From assembly GCA_964626635.1 (NCBI GenBank), contig CAZVFY010000001.1, forward strand, positions 112,498-176,497: a DNA stretch of 64,000 nucleotides, read 5' to 3'. A program made the translations under genes and the position numbers. Below the pieces are notes generated by a model. That model was not told the origin of the DNA. It worked only from the letters and a program-made list of their open reading frames with translations, and ran no database searches. Origin of the DNA: an uncultured Candidatus Saccharibacteria bacterium (lineage in GTDB: Bacteria > Patescibacteriota > Minisyncoccia > Phycocordibacterales > UBA918). This document shows positions 13,201 to 25,200 of the stretch, piece by piece; the first letter of the stretch is position 1, and each line of letters starts with the position of its first letter.

Positions 13201-16200
13201 CGATGAGCTGTCAGCGATCGTTGAAGTCGCGATCGTTGAATTCCAAATGACAACATCGCTATCTTCCGACACACTAACATTGGCATAATCATCACCCGAG
13301 TCTAGTCGGTCAGTTACCACGTAGTCTCCGCCTGTCAGCACCAGTGTGCTGTCGGTCCAGGTCGTGGCCGCCGCCGCGAATCGGTTTTCAAATACGCCAG
13401 CCACGGTCAACGTCGTGTTCGGTTGTTGGGTAAAGCTCGCGCCAGTTTGTAATACTGCGCGATTCTCTACAGTGTTCGTCGCCACTGTCCAACCGCCGCC
13501 GACGCCATCAAACACTAGGTTGTAGAATGGCGCTGCACCAAACGCGACCACTTCGCCAGTGTCGGTACTGTTGAAAGTGGTAGTCGCGTTGTTCGCGTTA
13601 TACGAACCGCCAGTGTTTAGCGCTGACCCGCCAATGTTGAAGTTGTTGGTTGGTGCAACTAACTGCACGCCGTTGATCGTCACATCACCCAATGCGTTGG
13701 TGTTGACTTCATTAAGTCGGAACACCTGACTATCAGCGCTGAGACTCTGTGAGTCAGCAGTGTAGAACGTACTTGGGCTGTTTTGGTTGGCGTACTCAGC
13801 GGCGTACCAGTCGGCGCTGCGACTGACGCTCGAGAAGCGCACCTCGTCGAGTAATCCGTCGAAATAGTTACCAGTTCGCCAACGCCCAATTAATACCCCG
13901 TAGCCGCTGACATCTTGGGTGTTGAGCGATCGCCCAATAGTATCTTCGTTGATGGTATTTACGTAGGTTCGTACGTCACTGCCGTCATAATCAAGCGCCA
14001 CATGTTGCCACTCGCCAAAAGGCCTGGCAGCGAACGTATTGTCGCCATCCCAATGCTGCGCGCGCCATTGATTCGTATCGTTTACTCGTACTGTGTAGTC
14101 TTGCAGAGTCTGCGAGCCACCAAGATTCCACAGTCCACCTGCGTCCGACCAAGACTCGACGTTAGACCAGGCGCTGACTGACTTGGTATTGGCGCCTTCC
14201 AGTCCTGTGATCATGGCGGTGTTCAAATCAATAAAGTCACCGTTGTCACTATTCTCAAAATCTTGTGCGCTACCGAGCAGACCATTCGTACGCGTTGGCA
14301 CATCGACGGCTGCACCGGCGCCACCCTGCCCGTCGTAGCCATTGCCCGTACTATCAATAAATTCACCGGCCGTACCGTCACCAGTTTCCTCGAGGTGGAA
14401 GACTGCTTCGTAGCCGTTACTCCACACATTATTGCGACCGTACATGCTGCTCGGCGCCGGAGCGCTCGCGGCGCCGTTATTATGGTACAGATAAAACACT
14501 GTATCTGTAGTCGCCAAAAGCGTATCGGCACGGAAATGCAGCTCGCCAGTTTCGGCGTCGGTATCAATAGACACCAACTCGACTGGCATTTGCACATTAT
14601 CACTGTTCGTAACGCGGACATCAGCTCCGTCGCTAGCGACGTTACTCCAGAAGTCAGCCCCCAGATCACTGAGGTCGACGTAGACTGGGAAACTAGTCAA
14701 GGTTGCGTTTAGATTACTGGCGCTAATAGTAAGCTGCTGACGGCGCGTCCACGCAGCGTCAAACCAGTCGAATGATCCGCCAGCCCCAAACGTCACATCG
14801 TTAAATGCAGAGCCACCGGTAATGATATTAATGCTTTCGTCGCTGTAGAATCGCACCGAGCCATCGTTGTGAGCAAATGATCCGCCTGTGACATTCATCG
14901 TGTCGCCAATCGCCAGCGTACCAGTTGGCATCGTGACTGCGCCATTTTGGATCGCGAATTGCCCACTAGTCGTGGCGTTCGCATCAGTAACGCTCCACGC
15001 GCCGCTACCCGCGAATGTCACATCATTCAAAATGTTAGTAAACGGAGTCCCGCCGAGCGTGATGGTTTCGGTGCCAGCTCCATTAAACAGTACGGTACCG
15101 TTGTTATGCATGAACGAGGCATTGTTAGTAAAGCTACCACCAACAGTCAGCGTTCCCGTCGGGAGTGCAACCGTCCCGGTCGCCACGATAAAATCATCGG
15201 CGACTACGAGCGACGGTTCGGTAAAGACCGGTGTGGTACTCGCATCGTTGAGGCGTAGCGTATAGAACGCCGAACCACCTCCGGCAATATTATGGGTCGC
15301 TTCGTCAACCACAACATCTGGCTGGAAGCTCTCGGCGACTCCTGCAGAGTAAAAGATACTCGGTGTGTTTTGGTTGGTGTATTCCGCTTCGATCCAGGCA
15401 GTGTTGCGAGTGGTGGTGGCAATACGCAATTCATCAATGAGCGCATCAAAGTACGTTGTGCCGCCACCAAGGCGACCGACCTCGAAGCCATCGTTATTTG
15501 AGGGGCTGTTAACCGTTTGGTTCGCAACATCTCGCAAAATAGCGTTTTGGTAATAGCGATTTGAGCTGCCGCTGACTGTCGTACCGACAAAAAAGAATTG
15601 ATTCCAGCTGGTAGTGTTACGCGGGTTGATATTGAATCCGTCAGCATCACCAAAGTCAAAGTCACCATCGCCGCCACCAGTACCGCCACCGCTCCACGGT
15701 CGGAGATTGATGGTATTTGGATTGCCACCAGTGCCAAACTGGTAGTACGCGCCGCCATCAGCGTTATCCATCAAATACCACCCAGAAGTCACCAAAGCAT
15801 CGCCGGCGGTCCAGTCAAAGTCAGGGTTATTGAGGTACCCGTTCAGGCTTTCTAAATTAAGACCAACACCGAGTTGTCCGCTAGTTGTCGCCAGCGCGTT
15901 GTCGGTCACAACCAGATCACGGGCATTGCTCGTTGCGTCAGCTACCACATTACCTGTCGCACTGACATCATCGTTAAAGTGATAGACCGCTTCGTACTGG
16001 GCCCAAACCGCCTGGCTACCAAATTGCGCAGTAGGCGCGTAGGCGGTCGCGGCGGCATTAGCAAAGTACACGTAGAACGACGTGTCAGTCGTTGCGCTCA
16101 CGCTGTCAGCGAGGAAGTGTAATTCGCCAGTATCGTCTGCTCCGTCAAACTCGACTAGGTCATGTGGTAATTCTGTCTGCCCATCACCGCTGGTGATGCG

Positions 16201-19200
16201 GATATCGCGACCATCGCTCGCCACGTCAGTCCAGAACGCAGCCCCTAACGTACTGAGGTCGAGATAGATCGGAAAATTAGTTAGGGTGCTGTCGATCTCG
16301 TCGGCATCAATCACGACTGGGACCCTACGACCAAAATCCTCGTCCGAGTACCAGTCGCTCGAGCCTGGGATGATTGGTGGGTACACTCGGTCGTCTTCGA
16401 CAATCTCGACGATAGACGTACCAGCGTTAAACGACCCGTTATTAATCCAATCCCCACCAACCGAGATGGTGTTACCAGTCCCGCCCACCAAGGTATCGTT
16501 GTTGCCGATCACCACATCGTACGCAGCCACATCAGTCACCGCTGTCACTGTTAAATTGGCGCCGTCGATAGTGACGTTACCGATGTTTTGGGTGCTAGGA
16601 CTGTTGTCAGTCCAGGTGTGCGAACCGGTTCCGTTAAACGTGGTGGTGCCGGTACCCTGCCAGTTACCAGTCGCTCCGGTGAGCACTGACCCAGCGACCG
16701 CAATGTCACTCTCACCCCGATCAAACACCCCGGAATTGACAGACAAGTCACCCGAGAGATCAAGCGCTACATCAACCGTGATGGTAGCCGTAGCGCCAGT
16801 ACTGATGTTGAGGGTGTGGAAATCTAGCGGGATTTCGGTACTAGTGATCGTCTCGGCTGTGCTGGCTGCCGTAAAGGTAATGGTCGATGTGTCGGTTGAA
16901 CTAGTCGCGTTGTTGTCGTACGAACCGCTGAGAGTAAAACTATTGTTGTCGAGCTCGATGGTTCCGTCATTAATAAAGTCATGCGTGCTCACACTCACCG
17001 CGGTCGACGTCGCCGGCACGTAGCGCTGGCCCGGACCAACGTACAGATTGGCGTCGGTACATGTACCGCTACCGCAGACAGCCAAGTTATTGAGGCCATC
17101 AACCGCGAACAAGATATCTTCGTCGTCAGTGTTGTCGTACAGACCTAGTAGTTGGTTGGTAATGGTGCCTTGTTCGTCAGCTACGAATGATACGTGCTGC
17201 TCGTACAGCGCCACACCGGTGATATCACCCAGTCCGTCATAGACGAAACTGGTTACAGCTTCGTCCTGTTCGTCTGCCCCATCTACCCACACAGTCACAA
17301 TCTGCCCGTTAAATGCGGTTACGTTTGGCAATGTCCAGGTGCCGTTACTGACCACCCCGACACCACTGACCGGCACGCCATTTACCGCCGCGCGGACTGT
17401 CCCAGTAGTCACATTGGTAGTGCGGTCGTACTCCTGCAAGCTACCAGACATATTGACTCCCTCACTCCACTCTAGCTGCCAGTCATCTAAAGTTGGGCAG
17501 CTACTGCCAACGCACTCGAGAGTTGCGAGCGCGCGGATCGTGTCGTAGGTGTTAATGTCAACGCCACTAAGATCAATCGGACTAGTGGTAAAGCCCGTTG
17601 CATTGCCAGGGATTTGACTATCTGGGACGAGTGCATAGACACCCTCGCTCACGCGATATTGTAACTGAATGCGCACCACACTGGATGCTGGGGTGGAGGC
17701 GTTCCAGGCAAAATTCGCAAACTTTGGTCCAGCCCCATCCGAAAAGATAATGTCTTCGCCGGCAAACGTCCCGCTGAGTCCCCCACTATCCTGTCGCCGT
17801 AAGATTCCCGTGTCACTCTCGAACGCAAGTAAACTGACAGTCTCATCACCACCGTGCGCATCAGCACGGCTACCGACCTCAATCACACTAGCAAAGAGGT
17901 TGGTGTTGGACTGGGTACCCGATAGATCCTTGAGCGCAAAGCTACCATCCCCACCACCCTCAGAGTTTTGTTGCAGGAGCGTAAAGCCTGGCATTGTCGT
18001 AAAACCACTGAGATTGAAATTATGACCGCCATTACTAAATGAGTCTTCAACATCATTGAAGGCTCGACCGGTATCGAAGCGGGTGCCATTATTCGTACCA
18101 CTCCCTTGATCCATCAAAACAAAATCAACATCTTCTCCGCTCGAGTGCGGCAAGTCGGACATACTCTTGGCTAAGGACAGGCGAATCGAGCCCCCGGTCC
18201 ATTCATTACTGCGATTACCTGCGTCTAGGTGGGCTGATACCCACGTACTATCATTGACAGTCACGATGGTCGCAAACGCTAAGGGGTTGGTGCCGAAACT
18301 CGTACTGATCGGCACGGTTAATCCGGTACCATTATCGTATGGTTGTCGGATCAAGTCAGTCGATGCCAGACTTTCTGTTCCAGCCAGCAATGTAATGCCG
18401 CCAGCACCGTCATCAAGCTCCCACTCACCGGCTTCTAGCACCAAGTAATCTACAACAGTCGTACCACTGAAGCCGTCGTGATCGTCAACCTTGATTTCAA
18501 AGCCGGTGGCAGTTTTATTGCGAATGCGAGGCGTGCGGCCGTCACCTTGACCCGTCACGTTGTATTCCGGTGATGCCACGACAACCATATTGTCATAAGT
18601 GCGACTGGTCGTGATTGTTTCCCAAGCATTATTGATCAAGGTCACGGTGCCGTATTCACCAATCTCGTTTGTCAGGCTGACAGCTCCACTGGTGGTGGCA
18701 ACGGTGCCATTGAAGAAGCCCTGACTAAACTGATCCTGCGTAGTCTGGAACCAGGTCGACTCGGTGGTGGCTGTGTCAATAGTGAACGAATCAGGCTCGG
18801 ACCATGGCGACCACGCATTACCCCCGGCTGGATCCTTGGCGCGAGTGCGCCACCAGTACGTAACACCATTAGCGAATGGCGTACCGCTCGGTGTGTCAAA
18901 GGTGACACGTTCGCTCGAGATAAATGGTGACAGATCACTGCCGTTTGACTCATTGACAAACTGTGTGCTCACACCTGAGTTATACGTGGTAGTCGCACCG
19001 GCAAAATCAAAGTCCGTACTAAAAGAGATTTCGTATTCTAGGTCGTCGCCTTGCGGATCGGTAGACACAAAATCAAACGTTGGTAGCGTGTCTGCAGTCT
19101 TCTGATTATCGAACGGATCACCCTGTATCGGCACTTCAACCCGTTGCCCCCAACGCACTTGCCAGTTATTGAGGGTGACACTACTGCCGCTGAGATTGGC

Positions 19201-22200
19201 AACTAACCGGATTTCGTTGTACTCCCGAGTATCTAAATCGATCAAGTTAACTGGGCTGGTTGTAAAGCCAGTAGCATTACCCGTCAGTGACGCATCAGGC
19301 ACTAATTGCCAGGTACCATTATTGTTGTATTCGATCTGCACCGAGAACGAGCCAGTCGTCACTGTCGCATCCCAAGCTAATTCGCCCCACGCGTTGCCGA
19401 TCGTCGCATCGTCAAAATCGATGGCGGTGCTGGTGATGACGCCTGGACTACTGACCAAATCAGCGCCGCCGGTGGTGGTGGCGACACCAGTAAGCGCATT
19501 AGTAGCAAACTGACCACCAGTTGTCTGCAGCCATTCGCTGGTCGTCAATGTGGTGTCTGTAGTAAAGCTAAACGGCGCTGACCAATCACTGAATGCACCC
19601 GAACCATTTGGATCACTCGCGCGTACTCGCCACCAATAGGTGGTGCTGGAAGCGAGAATACTACTGCTGTCAAACCGTACAGTTGCACCCGAACTAAATG
19701 GGGCCTTATCTGCGGTTGCGCTTAAATTAGTAAATGATAGTGGACTGGTGAGCGAATTTGCCGACAACACGACTGAACTGAAAGTGCGGTTATCATCAAT
19801 CTCAAGTTCGTAGTGGATATCATCACCCGCAATGTCGTTGGCGACAAAGCTGAGCGACGGTGTTATTTGAGTAGTGTGTTCGTTGTCAAAGAATGACTGT
19901 AAGAGCGGCACGTTAGGTGGTCCGACCGTTTCTAATTCTGGGTATGAATCGTACGAGTCAAAAGTCTCTCCATTGGCGCGAATCATCCGGAAACAGTAGG
20001 TTTGGTTGACATCAATGTTATTAGTGAGCAGCACCCAATCCCATTCCATCACAGTACTTGGGCTAAACTCAACGGGATTGAAATTAGACAAGTTGCGCTC
20101 TTCGTAGGTGCCGGCGTCAGTTGAACTCGCTAGCAGCGTGCCTGGCAAAGTATTGCCGTCACTCACACTAGGATTATTAAACCCGGCAAACGCAGCGGTC
20201 GTACTCCCAACGCCACCCACCAGTTTCCAGTCGGTCGCGAGTCCACACTGACCGACAGTGGCAGGTGCGTACTGCAGTGCAAAGGCCTCGGTACCCGCCG
20301 TCGAAGTGGCGTTCCCGCCAGCCACGTTCATGCGCAGACGCAAAACATCGCCGGTGTTCACGGCTCCAGCGCCGGTTATTGAGTCGCCCTCGCTCACGAA
20401 TTCTGTCGAATTAATTGCCCAAGTAGTTGTTAGGTTCAGTGCAGCAGTATTCTGATACCAGCCGAAGGACAACTGCGTGTATTCAGGGCCATTCGCCTCT
20501 TGTTGCGCCAATGCACGGAAATTCGCGGCGCCGGCACCAAACTTACGCGCCTGACGTGGACCAAGGACGTTCTTTTCATCTTGATCAATCGACACGTCCT
20601 CCATAATCATATAGAACGGTCGATCGTTGGTCGCGCGTACTAATGTGCCTGCCGCAAAGTTTGCCCCATCACCGCTACCAGTGCCATTAGTGAAGTACGC
20701 TTTGCCGGGCGTGTTCGCCCCAGGACTACAGGTGCCGGTTTCGATAGTCACACCCAATGCCGTAGTGACTTCAAGTGACACGGCGCCGTACTCGGGTGCA
20801 CACACTACCGCGATGTAGGCGGTAGCGCCCGTGAGCGCGTATTGCGTGCTGAATTCGCTCGTTGGCCAGAACATTGTGGCTTCGTTACCGTCACTGTCGG
20901 CCTGCTGTGCAAAGCTAACGCCCGAACTAGCTCCCGTGATACGCACCGCTGACCCAGCTCCTTCGCTACCATTAGTACAGGTTTCACCATTTACTTCAAT
21001 ATCACCTTCAGTCAAACCAGAGTACGTACCAGTATTGCCGTCAGAACAATAGTACGTTGGATTGGCTGCGTCAGCCAATCCAATCCCCACTATATTGTCA
21101 GAGTCAACTCCATACAGATCATCGGTTGTGGGTTCAAGCAGCGTCAAACCATCACCCGGGTTGGTACTGCGGTGAGTGGCTAGAATAGGTACGTTTGATT
21201 CTATACGCATTCCCTCCCCATCTTGTACAGCAGAATCAGTCCCTTGGGGATTGGTGTTTGATACTGCCACCGCACCACTACTGAGTACGATGGTGTCGTC
21301 AGCCGTGGCGCTGTCCCCCAAGAAAAAGTCAACCGTCGCGGTGCCAAATGGCGCGTACACATATGTGCGATTTTCATTGCGCGCTGTTGGCAACACATAA
21401 CTGGTGGTGGCAAACGAAATTGGAACTAATACATCGCTACTATCGCCGCTATCTGTAATTACCGCCGCTGACACAGGCCCGAATGTACTGAGGGCTGAAG
21501 TGCCGTCGTACGTTGTAAAAGTAGCCTGCTCACCACGATTCAGGCTGACGGCTGTACCACCATCTAGCTGTACTTGGTTATTATCTACGAGACTTACGAC
21601 AGATACTGTACCAGCACCATTATTGTCTACGACATAATAAGACTCAGTGAGTGCGTCGTACGAAAAGGTGTCTAGCTCGTTACTTGCGCTCTCGGCGCCA
21701 CTATTACCATAGTACGCATAAATCAGCGATCCAGCGGCCTCTATGTTCGCTACTTGTACCCAAACTACCGCTTCGTCAGCTGTACTGTCCCAGGACTCAA
21801 TCCAGAAATCTAGTTCAGTGAACTCAGTAATTGCGAGAGTCTCTGCCGTTGAAGTGGAAAAGAATCGAGCATTATCAGCCATGTTTTCGTACTCGGTTTC
21901 CGCCCAACCAGCACTGCGCACCACCTCGGCTATACGCAGCTCATCGAGCTGTCCAATCAAACGCTGCTGATCGTCATACGCGCCATTAACCGCATCCTGC
22001 TCTTGTCCAATGACTAATCCACCGTTTGGAATATCAAAGGTATCAGTCATTGATTGTGTATCGGGATTTTCATTATCCCCTTGACCATCGACGTATAAAT
22101 TAACTTCGTCAGTCGCTGTGTTTCCCGTCACGACATAGTGCTGCCACTCGCCGGTATTGAACGTACCTACTGTATCATCGAGATTAAACAACTCGTTGCC

Positions 22201-25200
22201 CGTATTGTAGTATGCGCGGAAGACGTTTGGATCCGAGAAGAACATCGAGAACTCATTGTTATTATCAAAGTTCGCCCCACTCAAAATAGAGAGGTCAATT
22301 GATTGGGTTGTATTGTGCCACCAACTCACAGTGTGATTGCCGATTCCATCAATGATGTCGTTCGGTGGTTCGATCGCATCGTTGACACCGGCTCCAAACA
22401 CGGCGCCCCGCCCAAACAGACCACTCGTATCAGTGTCAGTATTATTATCGTCAGCGTGGTACCGGTTACTGGTGGAATCTAGGTACACATCTGGATTGTT
22501 GATCCCAGCCGCGAATTCTTCAAAGTGATATACTGCCCGAAAATTATTGGTCCAGACATTCTCACTTCCAAAAGTCGCATTACGTTCATACGCAATTGCA
22601 TCTTCATTATCATAATAGATGTAAAACTCGTTATTATCACCCCGCCCAAGATCAGCCTTGAAGTACAACTCGCCAGTATTATCAGTTGTATTGATATTGA
22701 CAAGTTCAATCGGCAGCTCGGTGACTCCGTCACCAGTCGTAATACGGATATCACTACCGTCGTTCGCGACACCGTTGAAGAAGTCATTACCAAGAATTGA
22801 CAAATCAAGGTAAACCGGGAAATCGGTTTGCGTACCGCTAACCCGACTGTCTGACGCAGTAAAGCGCTGACGACTTTCCCAACTAGTGCTGTACCAGTTG
22901 CGAGTAGCCGCGTTGTCTGGCGTCTGCACACCGCTGGTGACATAAAAGTCGCTGGCGCTGCTAAGGTTCGCGGACTCGGCGCGGACGAACGCGACCGACC
23001 GCGGCGCAATCCGAATACGCAATTCGTCTAGCTGCCCGTCCCAGTAGCGCCCTCCACCCTCACGACCGACATTAAAACCGTTACTATTAGTGTTAGATGG
23101 ATTGGCGGTGACTTGCACGGCCGTGTCTTGGAGAAAACCATTTTCGTACCAGTAATTTGTCCCACCCAATGTTGATGTACCAATTGTACCAAACCCCCGC
23201 CAAATACTAGTATCACGAGGTATAACCCGACTCTGTGCCGTATTATTATCAGTACCAAAGTAATGCAAGCCATTTGCAGCGTTGTACCACGGTCGAAATT
23301 CAATGTCATTAGGTTGATCACCGTTTCCCCACTGCCAAATCGCACCGTTATCAAAGCTCGACATAAAGTATGAACCACTGGTCGTCAGCGAGTCCCCGCC
23401 ATTAAATAGCCAGGTGGTCGACGCCGCCCGAGCGTTCGCACCTCGCAAGTCAAGCGCAGTGCCAAAGAACCCGCTGCTAGTGGCCATATCAGCGTTTTGA
23501 ATAACCAAGTCGTTACCGTTACCCGTCGCATCAGCCAGGAATGCACCCTGCGACACATCTGTATCATTGAAGTGATACACGGCGTCGTACTCGATCCACA
23601 CCGCCTGGGCGCCGAGCGGGTCAGTCGCCGCATATGGCATCAGCGTACTATTACCAAAGTACACGTAGAACGTCGTCGCGGCCGATGTCGGAATAATTGG
23701 AGCCAGGAAATGTAGTTCACCTGTTTCGGCTACAGTGTCGATAGACGCGAGGTCAATTGCTAGCTCAGTGCCGGCGCTCGTGTAAACCCGGATATCACCC
23801 CCATCGCTGCGTACGTTATTCCAGAAATCACTACCAAAGTCCGCCAGACTGACGCTAATTGGGAAATTGGCCAGATCAGCGTCGGCCGCGCCAGCCGGTA
23901 TCTCAAGCGGGATACGGTGCGTAAAGTCAAAGTCAAGCCAGTTATTGATGGCGGTGGCCTCGTTGCTAAAGTTACCAGCCATAGTTTCTTGTACGAACCG
24001 CAAGTCATCTCCGTCGGCGTCGACGTTCGTCCAGAAATCGTTAATCGCAGAATCGAGAGTGAGGCGGACCTGGAACTCTGTCTGGTCAGTACCAGTTGGG
24101 TTATCAACTTGTAGCGGCATTCGGTACTGCCAGTCTGATGACCAGAACGGGTCAAGGAGCCCGTACTCGCGATTACCAATGGCTTCCACCCAGTACTCGC
24201 CAGTACTAAACGGCGGGAAGCTAATATCCATCTTGAAATAGCGGGTTTCGCCCGGTGCAATACTGAACTGGTCTGGTGTGTACACCCGTCCTTCGAAATT
24301 GTCGGGTACGTCTTTGCGAGCCGGGCGCAACCCAAAGAACGCAGCTGTCCGCGCGAGCACCCCCTGCTCGGTACCCATCCCAGCGTTAGTAGTGACCGGA
24401 TCCCAACCACGGGCGTACTGCGTGACGGTGTGGTCTTGAACTTTTTGGGTGACGATACAAGCGGTTCCCTCACCCTCGATCACTTCACAAGTTCGCGCCA
24501 GATTAGTGCCCGGGCATGAATAAGTAGTTTCCGTGTCCGTTTCATTAACTGTAGTAGTGATGGTGCCGACGGCAGTATTCGCTGCTGCGGTAGTCATCGA
24601 CAACGCCAATTCGGTGGTAGTAGTTGGGCTGAGCTGACTACTTGTCGCACGTTCAGTAGTCAGGCTGTTAAGTGAATCAACTGGCTCGTCCACTGCCCAG
24701 CCGGCTTCACAGTGATACACGTACGGCCGATATTCTGGAATGACCGCCTGTCGGGGTTTGTTGAGACTGAAGACTTCTAGATTAGTGACTTCACCCACAT
24801 TGTTGGGGAAATACGTTTGGACACTAAATTCGTCAGCATTGTCACTGGTATTCGTGACGCTAAAGTAGGTCGTGACTTGGGACAGCCCTTCGTACGTTTT
24901 TTGATCTGACTTGATGATGAGTGTTTCGTCGTCGTTGTTATCGGTAAACGTAAACTGTACTTGCTCGCCGTCTGGTAGTGTCAAGGTGTCACCAGAGAGA
25001 TTGCTGTCGATAAAACCAGTGTTCTCGATCAGCTGGTCAAATGGCGTTGGTTCGGTATTCTCTGGTGGAGTCAGTACAAATAATTCTAGCCATGCGCTCT
25101 CGACGAACAGTTCACGGACAGTTGCGTCATCATGATCAAATCGTAATTCGACCACTACGTCGCGCAGCATAGCTGGATCGGTAATATCTGGTAGCGCGTA

